In this document: positions 9,801-18,055 of the stretch, one piece after another
How positions within the stretch are numbered: the stretch's first letter is position 1
Layout of the letters: the number at the start of each line of letters is the position of its first letter
Source of the DNA: a virus
Taxonomy: Duplodnaviria > Caudoviricetes
Virus record (IMG/VR): IMGVR_UViG_3300008085_000053
Span: 1-42,919 of that record
DNA length: 42,919 nt
Strand: one strand, 5' to 3'
Translations under genes and position numbers: made by a program
The notes under the pieces: generated by a model
The model's input: only the letters and a program-made list of their open reading frames with translations
What the model was told of the DNA's origin: nothing
Database searches by the model: none

Positions 9801-10946
9801 GGCGACCGGGTTGGACAGGCTCGCATTCAGTCCATTGACACTGGCGAGTTCTATGAGATTTCGTTCCAGTCGTTCGACCTGAGCCTCTACAATCTGCCAG
9901 TCTATCCGCAGCAGACGAAGTCAGGCATTATCACTCAAGTGCCGGGCTTCCCAGAGCTTTACATTCTGGATATTCCGCTCTATTCGGGTGATGAACCGTC
10001 TCACTGGTCGCCGAGGTTGGCTGCCTTTGCTTCGCCCTGGCCGGGCACTGTTGCCGTCTACAAGGACGAGGACCCGGATGCGGCTACGCAGGACTGGCTG
10101 TTTAAGCGCAGCTTGAACCTTGAGAACGTTATGGGCCGGCTTGTCTCTGCGGTCGGCACGGGCAAAACAGGTGTATGGCTTCGCAATCAGACCATCACTG
10201 TCAATCTGCTAGGTGGCACTCTGCCCACTGCAGCAAGCGACCTTCGCGTGCTTAACGGGGATAACGCCTGTGCCATGCAGAATGACAGTGGTCATTGGGA
10301 GATTTTCCAGTATAAGACTGCAACGCTCAATCCTGAGGGGCACTACGTCCTTTCTGGCCTCATTCGTGGCCAGCTTGGCACTGAATGGGTAATGGACGAG
10401 GCTACCTTCTCTGAAGGCAATGCGTTCGTGCTGCTGGAAAACCAATTCTCTATCAATCCTTCAAGTGCCCCGTATCTGCCGCTCACCGCTGGTGATCGTG
10501 GCGCTACCATTGATGTGAGATTTGGCAGCGCCTACAAGTCAGTGGACGACGATAATGCCTACCTTGAGACCAGCTTTACCCATGAAGCTATGGCAAAGAA
10601 GCCCTATGCTCCGACCCAGCTGAAAGCCAAATGGACTTGGTCATCAGGGCACTTTACTGATATTGCATTGAGCTGGTTCCGTCGCACCCGCTTTGATGGC
10701 GATCCGTGGGACCTGGCAAGTGTTCCGCTCAATGAAGAAGTTGAAGAATATGAGCTGGAAATCCTCAACGGTTCGACCGTCGTTCGCGAGGTTACAGGCC
10801 TGACGTCGCCGGCGTATACTTACACAGACGCAATGCAGGTAGCTGACTTCGGTTCTGCTCAAACGACCTCGATTAAGATCAGGGTCTATCAAATGAGCTC
10901 CGCTGTCGGACGCGGCCACCCTGCTGAGGAGACTTTGATCCGATGA
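6876..10946 (+). CDS. Tail tip/host-specificity megatron protein, RcGTA g15-like
   Basis: EGPRL, YG.MRVGGNLIW, PAFRGTTYIVFE; TIM-barrel part (YAADWSEY, GIDNYLPLSDWRDG, WFTEFGCP.VDKGTNQPNVF, WDARPYP); LSGLIRGQLGTE. Confidence 0.92.
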   Translation: MATLALGLVGTAIGASIGGGITVLGATLTAASIGGAIGSFVGGIVDNMIIAALTPAIRNEGPRLQEITVMQSTEGAAVGRLYGIMRVGGNLIWSARFKETKTTESEEVGGKGGGGGGQTVETTTYTYSCSFAVAFGEGNGRVQLGRIWMDGKEVDLSIVQSTFYQGTETQAPDSVIQSVEGVGKTPAFRGTTYIVFEDFELGEYSNRIPQVTAEIIAPIETSDPDDISNVAHSFCLIPGSGEFVYGTDVYTAQNASNNVLGNFFFGGTFKNQLGDTIALPTRSGDNIGATFMNMHNQRGVSNFVLSMTQLEAFQLNLDAVLLVVGWFGDDLRIGECEIRPYVEVTDRNGVVTPREWNVAGLTRSSPDVPQVGRDADGNLVYGGTPSDDVVVEAIQWLKARGHRVIFCPFVFMHIEGGNTLPDPYSDNAADVGQPVFPWRGRITCSPAAGFAGTVDKTAAAATQVGTFFTRTWGFNNMVEHYADLCDRAGGVDGFLIGTEMVGMTTIRSAAGTFPAVSRLKTLAATVKGIVGSGTKVSYAADWSEYHSYRPGDGSNDVYFHLDPLWADSNIDFVGIDNYLPLSDWRDGSSHLDYDADNGIVTPHNIDYLKSNIEGGEYFDWFYANQADRDSQTRTPITDGAYSKPWVFRQKDIRSWWTERHYNRPGGVESGSPTAWTSGMKPMWFTEFGCPCVDKGTNQPNVFYDPKSSESFFPYYSNGLQDEYISRVYAEAMLTYWRDNSPPGMLDIDNMFIWCWDARPYPDYPNRLDVWSDGTLWRYGHWMTGRIAYPALPRLIEKFCEEVGVTDIDVERLNGTQGLVKGYYIDSITAPRDAIASLMTGFQFDAFESEGQIKFALKASTSLTALTVNDFVSTESDPTGFTITRTQDSELPKSVVVDFIDADNDYEVSSLDAKRHQTTNKDVSSLRLPQSLAPDYVRGLADSILHQAWVARENGALNLPPSFFRLDPGDGITFPVGDRVGQARIQSIDTGEFYEISFQSFDLSLYNLPVYPQQTKSGIITQVPGFPELYILDIPLYSGDEPSHWSPRLAAFASPWPGTVAVYKDEDPDAATQDWLFKRSLNLENVMGRLVSAVGTGKTGVWLRNQTITVNLLGGTLPTAASDLRVLNGDNACAMQNDSGHWEIFQYKTATLNPEGHYVLSGLIRGQLGTEWVMDEATFSEGNAFVLLENQFSINPSSAPYLPLTAGDRGATIDVRFGSAYKSVDDDNAYLETSFTHEAMAKKPYAPTQLKAKWTWSSGHFTDIALSWFRRTRFDGDPWDLASVPLNEEVEEYELEILNGSTVVREVTGLTSPAYTYTDAMQVADFGSAQTTSIKIRVYQMSSAVGRGHPAEETLIR

Positions 10947-12208
10947 CCACTACCAAGCTACTCATCACGGAAATGACTGCCAGTCAGTCTCAGAAGCACG
11001 TGACCTTCAATGAGGCACTGTTTACGCTGGACAATCTTGTCCAGCTTTCTGTTCTGGACAAAGACCTGACGGCAGCACCGGGAAGCCCTACGACTGGCGA
11101 CACCTATATCGTTGGCAATTTGGCAACGGGCAGCTGGCTTGGCAAAGATGCACAGGTTGCCTCGTATGATGGTGATGGCTGGATTTTCTTCCCGCCGAAT
11201 GACGGCTGGTTCTGCTGGGTTGACGACGAGGCGAAAATCTACTTCTACAACGGTGGCTGGTCTGCCCTCGGCGATGTGCTTGGCGCGGGATACCTGTCTC
11301 TTGGTGGTGGCACACTGACAGGCAACTTGGTCCTCGAAGAAGCGTCGCCGTCGATCCGGTTCAACGATACGGACATCATTGGTTACACCCTTCTGCAAAC
11401 CAATGGCGTCACCTATGAAATCTCGGTGGACGCCGAGAACAACGACGCTGGCAGCAAGTTCCATGTTCTCATCGACGGAAATACCGAATTTGAGGTGAAC
11501 GAGTTTGGCATTGGCGTTGGCGGGGCTTCAGCCGATGCGACCAACGGTTTCTCATTCTTTGGGACCAATGTGCTATTCAACTCCAGCGCGAGCATTGCTC
11601 AGGTTTTTAACAAGAACTTGGCTGGTAACGATGCCAGCTTCACCTTCCAGCAAGGCTTCTCGACTTACGCCCAGTTCGGACTGCTTGGGAATAACGACTT
11701 CACCTTGAAGGTTGGAACAGGCGCAATGACGGCCTTGGTCGCCGACGAGGCAACTGGAGCCGTTGAGCTTACTCAGCACCCCAAGTTCTCAGCCTATGTG
11801 AACTATGACGTCTATATTGCGGCAAACACTTGGACAACAGTCCCCTGCAATAGTGCTCGTCACAATGACCAGGGCGCTTTCGACGGTGCAACCAATAATG
11901 ATTTCACGGCCCCGCATGACGGCTATTATACTTTTGGGGCTGGGTATACGTTCAAAGAAAATACTGCTTCAGTTCCTCTCGAAATTCGCGTTGGGCTAAG
12001 CATTAACGGAGTGGCACCAACTGAAGATCGATCAATTACCTTTGCAGATAGCTACAATCGAACAGCAACTCTAAGGACAAGCGTCCAAATCACTGCTCTC
12101 TTGAAGCTGAGCGCTGGCGATACGGTCAAGATGCAGGCTTACATGGCCACAAATGATGGCTATGTTGAGGCAAATAGTAACCACTTCTGGGGGCATCAAG
12201 TCCCGTAA
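10943..12208 (+). CDS. Tail fibre / receptor-binding protein with N-terminal DUF2793 and C1q-like C-terminus
   Basis: SQSQKHVTFNEAL..LD.LVQ...PGSP..GD.YIV...W...GW.F.PP.DGW; C-terminal FTAP..GYY.F and LKLSAGDTV. Confidence 0.8.
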   Translation: MTTTKLLITEMTASQSQKHVTFNEALFTLDNLVQLSVLDKDLTAAPGSPTTGDTYIVGNLATGSWLGKDAQVASYDGDGWIFFPPNDGWFCWVDDEAKIYFYNGGWSALGDVLGAGYLSLGGGTLTGNLVLEEASPSIRFNDTDIIGYTLLQTNGVTYEISVDAENNDAGSKFHVLIDGNTEFEVNEFGIGVGGASADATNGFSFFGTNVLFNSSASIAQVFNKNLAGNDASFTFQQGFSTYAQFGLLGNNDFTLKVGTGAMTALVADEATGAVELTQHPKFSAYVNYDVYIAANTWTTVPCNSARHNDQGAFDGATNNDFTAPHDGYYTFGAGYTFKENTASVPLEIRVGLSINGVAPTEDRSITFADSYNRTATLRTSVQITALLKLSAGDTVKMQAYMATNDGYVEANSNHFWGHQVP

Positions 12209-12219
12209 AGCAAGGAGCC

Positions 12220-12555
12220 ATGTCAATGAAGACCAGTCTTGAAATGCAGCGCATGGCGCACCTGTCGGAGCAGCAGAACCCGGGCCACAATTATCTCCCA
12301 ACTGCTGGTCAACCTTATACCGACGGGGCTGTTGCCTATCAAGTCATGTTTGCCAGCGCGGACGGCGTCGGCATCTGGGTTGAGGTGGAATACCTCGACG
12401 AGAATGGTGATGTTCAGAAGCGCCGCCTTGGCAAAGGCATCTGGCCCATCATGACGACCCAAATCAATGGGTATCGTCGTCCTATGGCTGACCTCGAAGA
12501 GGCTGTGACGGCCGAAGTGTCCGGCGATGGCTTCGAGATTTCCGTTCTCATGTAA
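12220..12555 (+). CDS. Hypothetical protein (possibly virion-associated)
   Basis: AAGGAG RBS; fills the gap between fibre and lysin genes. Confidence 0.7.
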   Translation: MSMKTSLEMQRMAHLSEQQNPGHNYLPTAGQPYTDGAVAYQVMFASADGVGIWVEVEYLDENGDVQKRRLGKGIWPIMTTQINGYRRPMADLEEAVTAEVSGDGFEISVLM

Positions 12556-12566
12556 GGAGAAGACAA

Positions 12567-13292
12567 ATGCCCTTGACCGCTACAGACAACTCTGCCATGA
12601 CGTCAATGGAGGTGCGGTCTGTTCAGACCGAGCTTCATCGCCTTGGTTTCGATCCCGGGCCTATTGACGGTATCTATGGCCCGCACACTGCCTCGGCGAT
12701 TGTTGCCTTCAAGCGGTCGAAAGGGCTCCGGGCACGTCCCTTTGTCGGGATCAAGACCTGGAAGATGCTCCACCAGGGCGAGCTCGACTTGGGAGGCCAA
12801 CACGGCATCTCTGAGCTTCCCTGGATGGAGGAAATTCGGCGGATGATGAACATGCATGAGGTCTATGACAACGACGGGCTTCGTCGCTGGCTTGCCTCGG
12901 ACGGCCACGCCCTTGGCGATCCGGCTGTCTATCCGTGGTGCGGAGATGCTGTCGAAACCCCGATCCGTCTGGCACTTCCCAACGAGCCGATCCCGAAGAA
13001 CCCTTATTGGGCTCTGAACTGGCGGAAGTGGGGAGTTCCCACACCGCCGACCTACGGGTGCGTCATTTCCATCAAGCGCCCCAAAGGCGGACACGTTGCA
13101 TTCCTGGTCGGCCAGGACAACACCCGCTATTACTGCTTAGGTGGAAACCAGTCCAATCGCATTCGCGTTTCCCCGATCGATAAATCCCGCTTCACGGCCA
13201 ACAGCTTCCGCTGGCCCTCCACCTATGACCGCGAGCCCATTGTCCTGCCCTGGATGACCTCGGCTGAGGCGGCAAGCCAAAACGAGGCCTAA
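12567..13292 (+). CDS. Endolysin: PG-binding domain plus TIGR02594-type NlpC/CHAP-like domain
   Basis: VQTEL..LGFDPGPIDGIYGP.T..AI..F; PWCG; GGHVAFLVG; LGGNQSN. Confidence 0.88.
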   Translation: MPLTATDNSAMTSMEVRSVQTELHRLGFDPGPIDGIYGPHTASAIVAFKRSKGLRARPFVGIKTWKMLHQGELDLGGQHGISELPWMEEIRRMMNMHEVYDNDGLRRWLASDGHALGDPAVYPWCGDAVETPIRLALPNEPIPKNPYWALNWRKWGVPTPPTYGCVISIKRPKGGHVAFLVGQDNTRYYCLGGNQSNRIRVSPIDKSRFTANSFRWPSTYDREPIVLPWMTSAEAASQNEA

Positions 13293-13293
13293 G

Positions 13294-13557
13294 ATGGCAA
13301 AGCCAAAAACCTACAAACGCGAAGTTGCCACCGTTCAGCTGGTTCTGCATTGGGCACTGGTGATGGGCATCTGCTATATTGCCGTTACCAATCCGCAACG
13401 CGCCCTGGCTGATCTTGTGGCGCTGGCGACCGGACTAGCGGTATGGGTTTATGGCTTTGCCGCCGCGGCGTTTGGAATGGACAGCTGGGCAAAGCAGATA
13501 CAACCTCAGTCACCACCGTCACCACAACCGAGGCCCCAAGAGGTGTTCGATGAATAG
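13294..13557 (+). CDS. Putative holin
   Basis: 87 aa with two hydrophobic segments, between endolysin and spanins. Confidence 0.65.
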   Translation: MAKPKTYKREVATVQLVLHWALVMGICYIAVTNPQRALADLVALATGLAVWVYGFAAAAFGMDSWAKQIQPQSPPSPQPRPQEVFDE

Positions 13558-13861
13558 GATTTATGTTCTATTGGCTATTCTGGCCATTATCGGCACGATC
13601 ACGGGTGGTGCATACCTAAAAGGTCGTGCCGACGGCAAATCGGTGGAGCGCGCTGCTCAACAGGAAGCCATCGATGAACTGAATGCTGACCTACGCGAGG
13701 CACAGGCTGAGCTTGCCGCACTCGAGGCTCAACGGCTGGCTGAAATGGAACAGCTCAGCCTGGAGGTTGATGAACTGAGGAGACTTGCAAATGAAGACCC
13801 TGATGCTGATCGGCCTGCTCTTGGTGCTGGGAGCGTGCAGCGCCTCAACACCCTCCGTTAA
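13550..13861 (+). CDS. Inner-membrane spanin (Rz-like)
   Basis: Start MNRIYVLLAILAIIG at 13550 after GAGG; N-terminal TM plus coiled coil. Confidence 0.8.
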   Translation: MNRIYVLLAILAIIGTITGGAYLKGRADGKSVERAAQQEAIDELNADLREAQAELAALEAQRLAEMEQLSLEVDELRRLANEDPDADRPALGAGSVQRLNTLR

Positions 13862-14075
13862 GGAGCTTAACATTCAACGGGCCCCTGCATCACTTACGCA
13901 GGCGTGCCCGCGCCCTGTCCGTCTACCAAATCGCGAGCTTTCCCAATCAGAAGTGGAAGATTACTGGTTGGTCGACAGGCGAAACCTCATCAATTGTGGA
14001 AGCAGACATACCGGCTTGGTGACTGAGCACAATGCCACACTTGACGTGGTGCTGGGAACTGGTGACGCTCAATAG
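13791..14075 (+). CDS. Outer-membrane spanin lipoprotein (Rz1-like)
   Basis: GAGGAG RBS; MKTLMLIGLLLVLGA-C lipobox; Pro/Cys-containing mature part; overlaps 3' end of the i-spanin. Confidence 0.85.
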   Translation: MKTLMLIGLLLVLGACSASTPSVKELNIQRAPASLTQACPRPVRLPNRELSQSEVEDYWLVDRRNLINCGSRHTGLVTEHNATLDVVLGTGDAQ

Positions 14076-14114
14076 CGTCACTGGCCGGCGTTTTGTGCTA
14101 CCAGTAATAAAGGC

Positions 14115-14145
14115 GGTTTACTCACTAGTCGCCTTGCACTATCAT
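14115..14145 (+). promoter_or_regulatory. Sigma70-type promoter
   Basis: GG-TTTACT N17 TATCAT. Confidence 0.6.
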
Positions 14146-14175
14146 ACAACCTAAGGTTTAGTGAAGGAAGATGCG

Positions 14176-14511
14176 ATGACAGACGAGGCTATTTGGATAA
14201 TTTCAACGGGCTTCGGTCTTGTTACCCTCATTGGCGGCATTATTGCAAGGGACCGTTACATTTTGGGCTTGATTTCAAAGAACCACGAAGGCTCGATAAG
14301 AACCATTCAAGATAGCTCTGAAAAGACCAATGAGCGAATGGCCAAAATCAAGGACGAATATGTCCGTCGGATCGACCTTGATGGCCACCTCATGCGCCTT
14401 GACGGAAGCGTCAAGGCACTTAGCGATGAAATGCGTTCTTCTACTGCTCAAACCAACCAACGCCTAGATGCTATTTTGGCCCACTTTGCCAAAAATAGTA
14501 AGACTGACTAG
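14176..14511 (+). CDS. Hypothetical membrane-anchored coiled-coil protein
   Basis: N-terminal hydrophobic segment (IWIISTGFGLVTLIGGIIA) then heptad-like helix; AAGGA RBS. Confidence 0.7.
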   Translation: MTDEAIWIISTGFGLVTLIGGIIARDRYILGLISKNHEGSIRTIQDSSEKTNERMAKIKDEYVRRIDLDGHLMRLDGSVKALSDEMRSSTAQTNQRLDAILAHFAKNSKTD

Positions 14512-14519
14512 GCTTTACT

Positions 14520-14549
14520 GGTTTTATTGCCTAACCTACAAGGTATAGT
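14520..14549 (+). promoter_or_regulatory. Sigma70-type promoter
   Basis: GG-TTTTAT N16 TATAGT upstream of the regulator gene. Confidence 0.5.
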
Positions 14550-14579
14550 GTATTAAGCACCTTTGTATGGAGTTGGGCA

Positions 14580-15422
14580 ATGCAGAACATTATGAACCTA
14601 AAGCGGCGTGGATACTTGACCGACCAACAAGTGTTCCATGCGCACAAGTTTTCAGTCAATCCAAATTCATACAATCTTGCCCCAACTTTTCACCGCGTTC
14701 TTTATGATGTGATAATCAAAGAAGAGCCCCTTGAAGCTCTTGAAAAGCGTAAAGGCTGGCCCGCCCGGTCTGCAAAAGCTCTTGTAGGCCTAATTTTGTA
14801 TGCCATGCAGGAAATTCAAGGCTCGCACCTTGACGAAGAGGAAGATGAAAACGGCGAAGGCCTTCCTACCACTCAGGAACAGCTCGACTATCTGAAGGCC
14901 GACAATGGCCTGGACTTACTGCCCATTATCAATACTTTTGGGTTTACAGGTCGGGAAGCTCGCTTGTTTCTTATCCTTAAGCGAGCCCCGGGGATGCAAG
15001 CAAGCAAGGAGGCCCTCCTCAATCGTCTCTACGCGGACCAAATTGACGAAGCTCCCAGTGCCAAAATTTTGGATGTCTTTATCTGCAAGATGCGGAAAAA
15101 GCTTGAAGGCACAAACTGGCGAATTGAAACAATTTGGGGCGCTGGCTACAGACTGCATGGGACTGATTTAGTTTTGCCAGCGCCAACAGAAACAACCAAG
15201 CACCTGGTAGAAAAGTCCCAGCGTAACATATACTGGTATAAGTGCCACGTTTACGATGAGGTTCCAATGCGTGAACTGGCTCGCGAAAGTAATGTGGCCC
15301 CGTCAACAGTTATGAGAGTTATTCATGGGCTCACTGACATTTGCAGCGACGAGGAACTCAGCGCTTTGGTTGAGCAGCTTCCGGCAGACTATACGGCTCA
15401 GAAAGAGCGCACAACCACTTAG
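14580..15422 (+). CDS. Multi-domain transcription regulator: DUF6456/GafA-C-like, CtrA-type winged helix, and C-terminal HTH
   Basis: LEALEKRKGWPARSAKALV; SKEALLNRLY..DEAPSAKILDVFICKMRKKL..IETIWGAGYRL; MRELARESNVAPSTVMRVI; no receiver domain. Confidence 0.78.
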   Translation: MQNIMNLKRRGYLTDQQVFHAHKFSVNPNSYNLAPTFHRVLYDVIIKEEPLEALEKRKGWPARSAKALVGLILYAMQEIQGSHLDEEEDENGEGLPTTQEQLDYLKADNGLDLLPIINTFGFTGREARLFLILKRAPGMQASKEALLNRLYADQIDEAPSAKILDVFICKMRKKLEGTNWRIETIWGAGYRLHGTDLVLPAPTETTKHLVEKSQRNIYWYKCHVYDEVPMRELARESNVAPSTVMRVIHGLTDICSDEELSALVEQLPADYTAQKERTTT

Positions 15423-15456
15423 GTGACGTGCACCAAAGCTGCACAGACAAGACGTA

Positions 15457-15491
15457 GAAGCCCGGGGGACTATGGAAGTCGCCCGGGCTTC
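15457..15491. terminator. Hairpin between convergent transcription units
   Basis: GAAGCCCGGG-GGACT ATGGA AGTC-GCCCGGGCTTC. Confidence 0.6.
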
Positions 15492-15510
15492 GTTCATTCG
15501 GCCACGGCGA

Positions 15511-17781
15511 TTAGCCACACTTGCTGGAACCGCAGTCTTTGCACACCTCGCAACCACCTTCCTTCTTGATATTGAAGGAACCACAGTCCTTGCACTTGTG
15601 CTGAGGAACCTCAGTCCAAGTCATATCAGAAGGAGGGTCCTGGTCGACGACTTCTATTCCCTTGAAGTCCCCGTAGCCAATCTCCGTCATGTGCTCGGCC
15701 ACGATGTTCCCGATGGCCGCCAGCAGAGACGGAACATACTGCCCACTCATCCAGGCACCACCTTTGGGATCGAAGACCTCACGAAGCTCGCCAGCAACGA
15801 ACGACACATTGCCTCCCCGCCGGAACACGGCCGAGACCATGCGGGTCAGAGCAACTGTCCATTGGAAGTGGTCCACGTTCTTGGAGTTGATGAACACTTC
15901 GAAGGGCCGTCTTCCACCGGCACCATCGATCTGATCGGTGAAGGTGATATAGAAGGCATGAGGTTCATTCGGCCACTTGAGCTTGTATGTGGCGCCCTCC
16001 AGTCGCTTCGGCCGTTCTGCCGAAACGTTGTCGGGAGCAGCCGACTTGGGCTTGTCCGTCTTCACTTCCAGGACCGACCCGGTGATGTCATTGGGGCGGT
16101 AAGTCGTGCAGCCCTTGCAGCCTTGTTCGTAGGCCCCCTCATAGACGTTGCGGAACTCCTCAAAGGAAATGTCCACCGGAACGTTGATCGTCTTTGAGAT
16201 GGAGCTGTCAACCCAGCGCTGCGCTGCCGCCTGCATACGAAGATGCTCGCTGGGCTTGAGGTCCTGAGCCGTCGTGAAGTAGTCGGGGAGTTCTTCACCG
16301 GGATACATGCTCTGGTAGAGAGCGACGGCATAGTCGACGACTTCCTCCTCAACCTTGCTGCCGTCGGCCTGCAGGACTTTCCTGGTGTAGCCATAGGCAA
16401 AGATAGGCTCGATGCCTGAGGAGACGTTGCCGGCGTAGAGGCTGATCGTTCCAGTGGGGGCAATCGATGTGAGCAGAGCGTTGCGAATGCCATGCTGGCG
16501 AATATCATCCTGCATTTCGATCGGCAGGCGCTCCGCAGCAAATGAGCCCTTGCGCAGGAAGCCGTCGGCGTCGAATTTGGGGAAAGCACCTTTTTCCTTT
16601 GCCAGTTCGATCGACGCCTGATAGGCTGACAGAGCAATGGCTTCCATCCATTCTTCAACCTGCCTCGCCGCCTCGGCCGTGCCATACTTAATACGGCACA
16701 TCGCCAGCGCGTCTGCAAGACCAGTCACACCGAGACCGATGCGACGCTTGGCCAGAGCTTCGTCTTTCTGCTGCGGAACAGGAAAGAGGGAAACGTCGAC
16801 CACGTTGTCCATCATCCGCACTGCTGTCGCGACCAGTTGGTCGAGGTGGTCGAGGTCCAACGAGGCCTGATTGGTGAAGGCGGCTTGAACGAGGCGAGCC
16901 AGATTGATTGAGCCGAGGAGACAGGCACCGTAAGGCGGCAAGGGCTGTTCGCCACAGGGGTTTGTCGCCGCGATGGCTTCGCAGTAACCCAAGTTGTTCA
17001 GCTGGTTGATGCGATCGATGAAGATAACCCCTGGTTCGGCCACCTCGTATGTGGTCTGGATGATCTTGTTCCACAGTTCGCGCGCATCAACGGTCCGCTC
17101 TTTCAATGTCTCACCACGACGGTTCTCGAAGTGCAGACGCCATTCGGCACCAGTGCGAACGGCTTCCATGAAGTCGTCGGTCACCAGCACTGAGAGGTTG
17201 AACATACGAAGACGGGCGGCATCCTTCTTGGCGGTGATGAAGTTCTCGATGTCAGGGTGATCGCAACGCATGGTTGCCATCATAGCCCCACGACGTTCGC
17301 CAGCGCTCATGACTGTTCGGCACATTGCGTCCCACACGTCCATGAATGTCAGAGGTCCCGAGGCGTCAGCGGCCACGCCTTTCACCTCAGCGCCTTTTGG
17401 GCGGAGCGTGGAGAAGTCATAGCCGATCCCGCCACCTTGCTGCATGGTCAGAGCGGCTTCCCGCAGCATCGAGAAGATGCCATCCATGCTGTCCGGGATC
17501 GTGCCCATGACATAGCAGTTGAACAGAGTGACGGCGCGACCGGTTCCGGCTCCGGCAGTGATGCGGCCAGCAGGCAGGAACTGATAATCCTCGAGAGCCT
17601 GATAGAACTGCTGGTAGAGCGCATGAAGGGTGTCCGGTGGCGCGGCCTCCTCAGCTTCAAGCAAGGCCTTGGCAATACGGGACCAGGTGTCATGGACTGA
17701 CGTATCAATGGGAGTGCCATCCGCCTGCTTGAACCTGTATTTTTTGTCCCAAATTTGGACGGCAATGGGTGGGTGTTCCAT
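15511..17781 (-). CDS. nrdJ: Ribonucleotide reductase class II (adenosylcobalamin-dependent) with C-terminal TSCPD-like domain and Zn ribbon
   Basis: FLPAGRI, TLFNCYV, GGGIGYDFSTLRP, TNPCGEQPL..YGACLLGSINL, IAPTGTIS, KGCTTYRP, terminal CxxC..CxxCGSSKCG; GAGGA RBS before MEHPP. Confidence 0.95.
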   Translation of the reverse strand: MEHPPIAVQIWDKKYRFKQADGTPIDTSVHDTWSRIAKALLEAEEAAPPDTLHALYQQFYQALEDYQFLPAGRITAGAGTGRAVTLFNCYVMGTIPDSMDGIFSMLREAALTMQQGGGIGYDFSTLRPKGAEVKGVAADASGPLTFMDVWDAMCRTVMSAGERRGAMMATMRCDHPDIENFITAKKDAARLRMFNLSVLVTDDFMEAVRTGAEWRLHFENRRGETLKERTVDARELWNKIIQTTYEVAEPGVIFIDRINQLNNLGYCEAIAATNPCGEQPLPPYGACLLGSINLARLVQAAFTNQASLDLDHLDQLVATAVRMMDNVVDVSLFPVPQQKDEALAKRRIGLGVTGLADALAMCRIKYGTAEAARQVEEWMEAIALSAYQASIELAKEKGAFPKFDADGFLRKGSFAAERLPIEMQDDIRQHGIRNALLTSIAPTGTISLYAGNVSSGIEPIFAYGYTRKVLQADGSKVEEEVVDYAVALYQSMYPGEELPDYFTTAQDLKPSEHLRMQAAAQRWVDSSISKTINVPVDISFEEFRNVYEGAYEQGCKGCTTYRPNDITGSVLEVKTDKPKSAAPDNVSAERPKRLEGATYKLKWPNEPHAFYITFTDQIDGAGGRRPFEVFINSKNVDHFQWTVALTRMVSAVFRRGGNVSFVAGELREVFDPKGGAWMSGQYVPSLLAAIGNIVAEHMTEIGYGDFKGIEVVDQDPPSDMTWTEVPQHKCKDCGSFNIKKEGGCEVCKDCGSSKCG

Positions 17782-17808
17782 GGATTTCCTCATGTTGTGG
17801 AGACTTTC

Positions 17809-17839
17809 AGACTAGCGCATATCGCTAACGGAGAAAACC
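17809..17839 (-). promoter_or_regulatory. Sigma70-type promoter for nrdJ
   Basis: GG-TTTTCT N17 TAGTCT on minus strand. Confidence 0.5.
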
Positions 17840-17862
17840 GGCAGTGCTACCTGCCGGCTTTC
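17832..17862 (-). terminator. Intrinsic terminator overlapping the nrdJ -35 box
   Basis: Minus strand GCCGGCAG-GTAGCA-CTGCCGGT-TTTCT. Confidence 0.65.
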
Positions 17863-17866
17863 AAAT

Positions 17867-18055
17867 TCATCCGTAGTAGGTTTCTGTCACCGACTTCCAG
17901 CCGTCTACGGTCTCGCCCGTCTCAGGATGCTTGACTTTGCACGGGAAAACCCCTCGTGCGTAGGTCTCGCTATAGCCTGGGATGCCTTTCACCTTCTGAG
18001 CTTTGTCGGCTTCAGCGCGGTCCAGATGAAAGGTCTCATTTATGCGGTGGCCCAT
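17867..18055 (-). CDS. Hypothetical protein
   Basis: TGATG coupling to upstream gene; stop followed by terminator. Confidence 0.65.
   Translation of the reverse strand: MGHRINETFHLDRAEADKAQKVKGIPGYSETYARGVFPCKVKHPETGETVDGWKSVTETYYG

Noticed and set aside
13501-13530. Short GTCACCAC tandem repeat at the holin 3' end
   Set aside because: Simply encodes a Pro/Gln/Ser low-complexity tail
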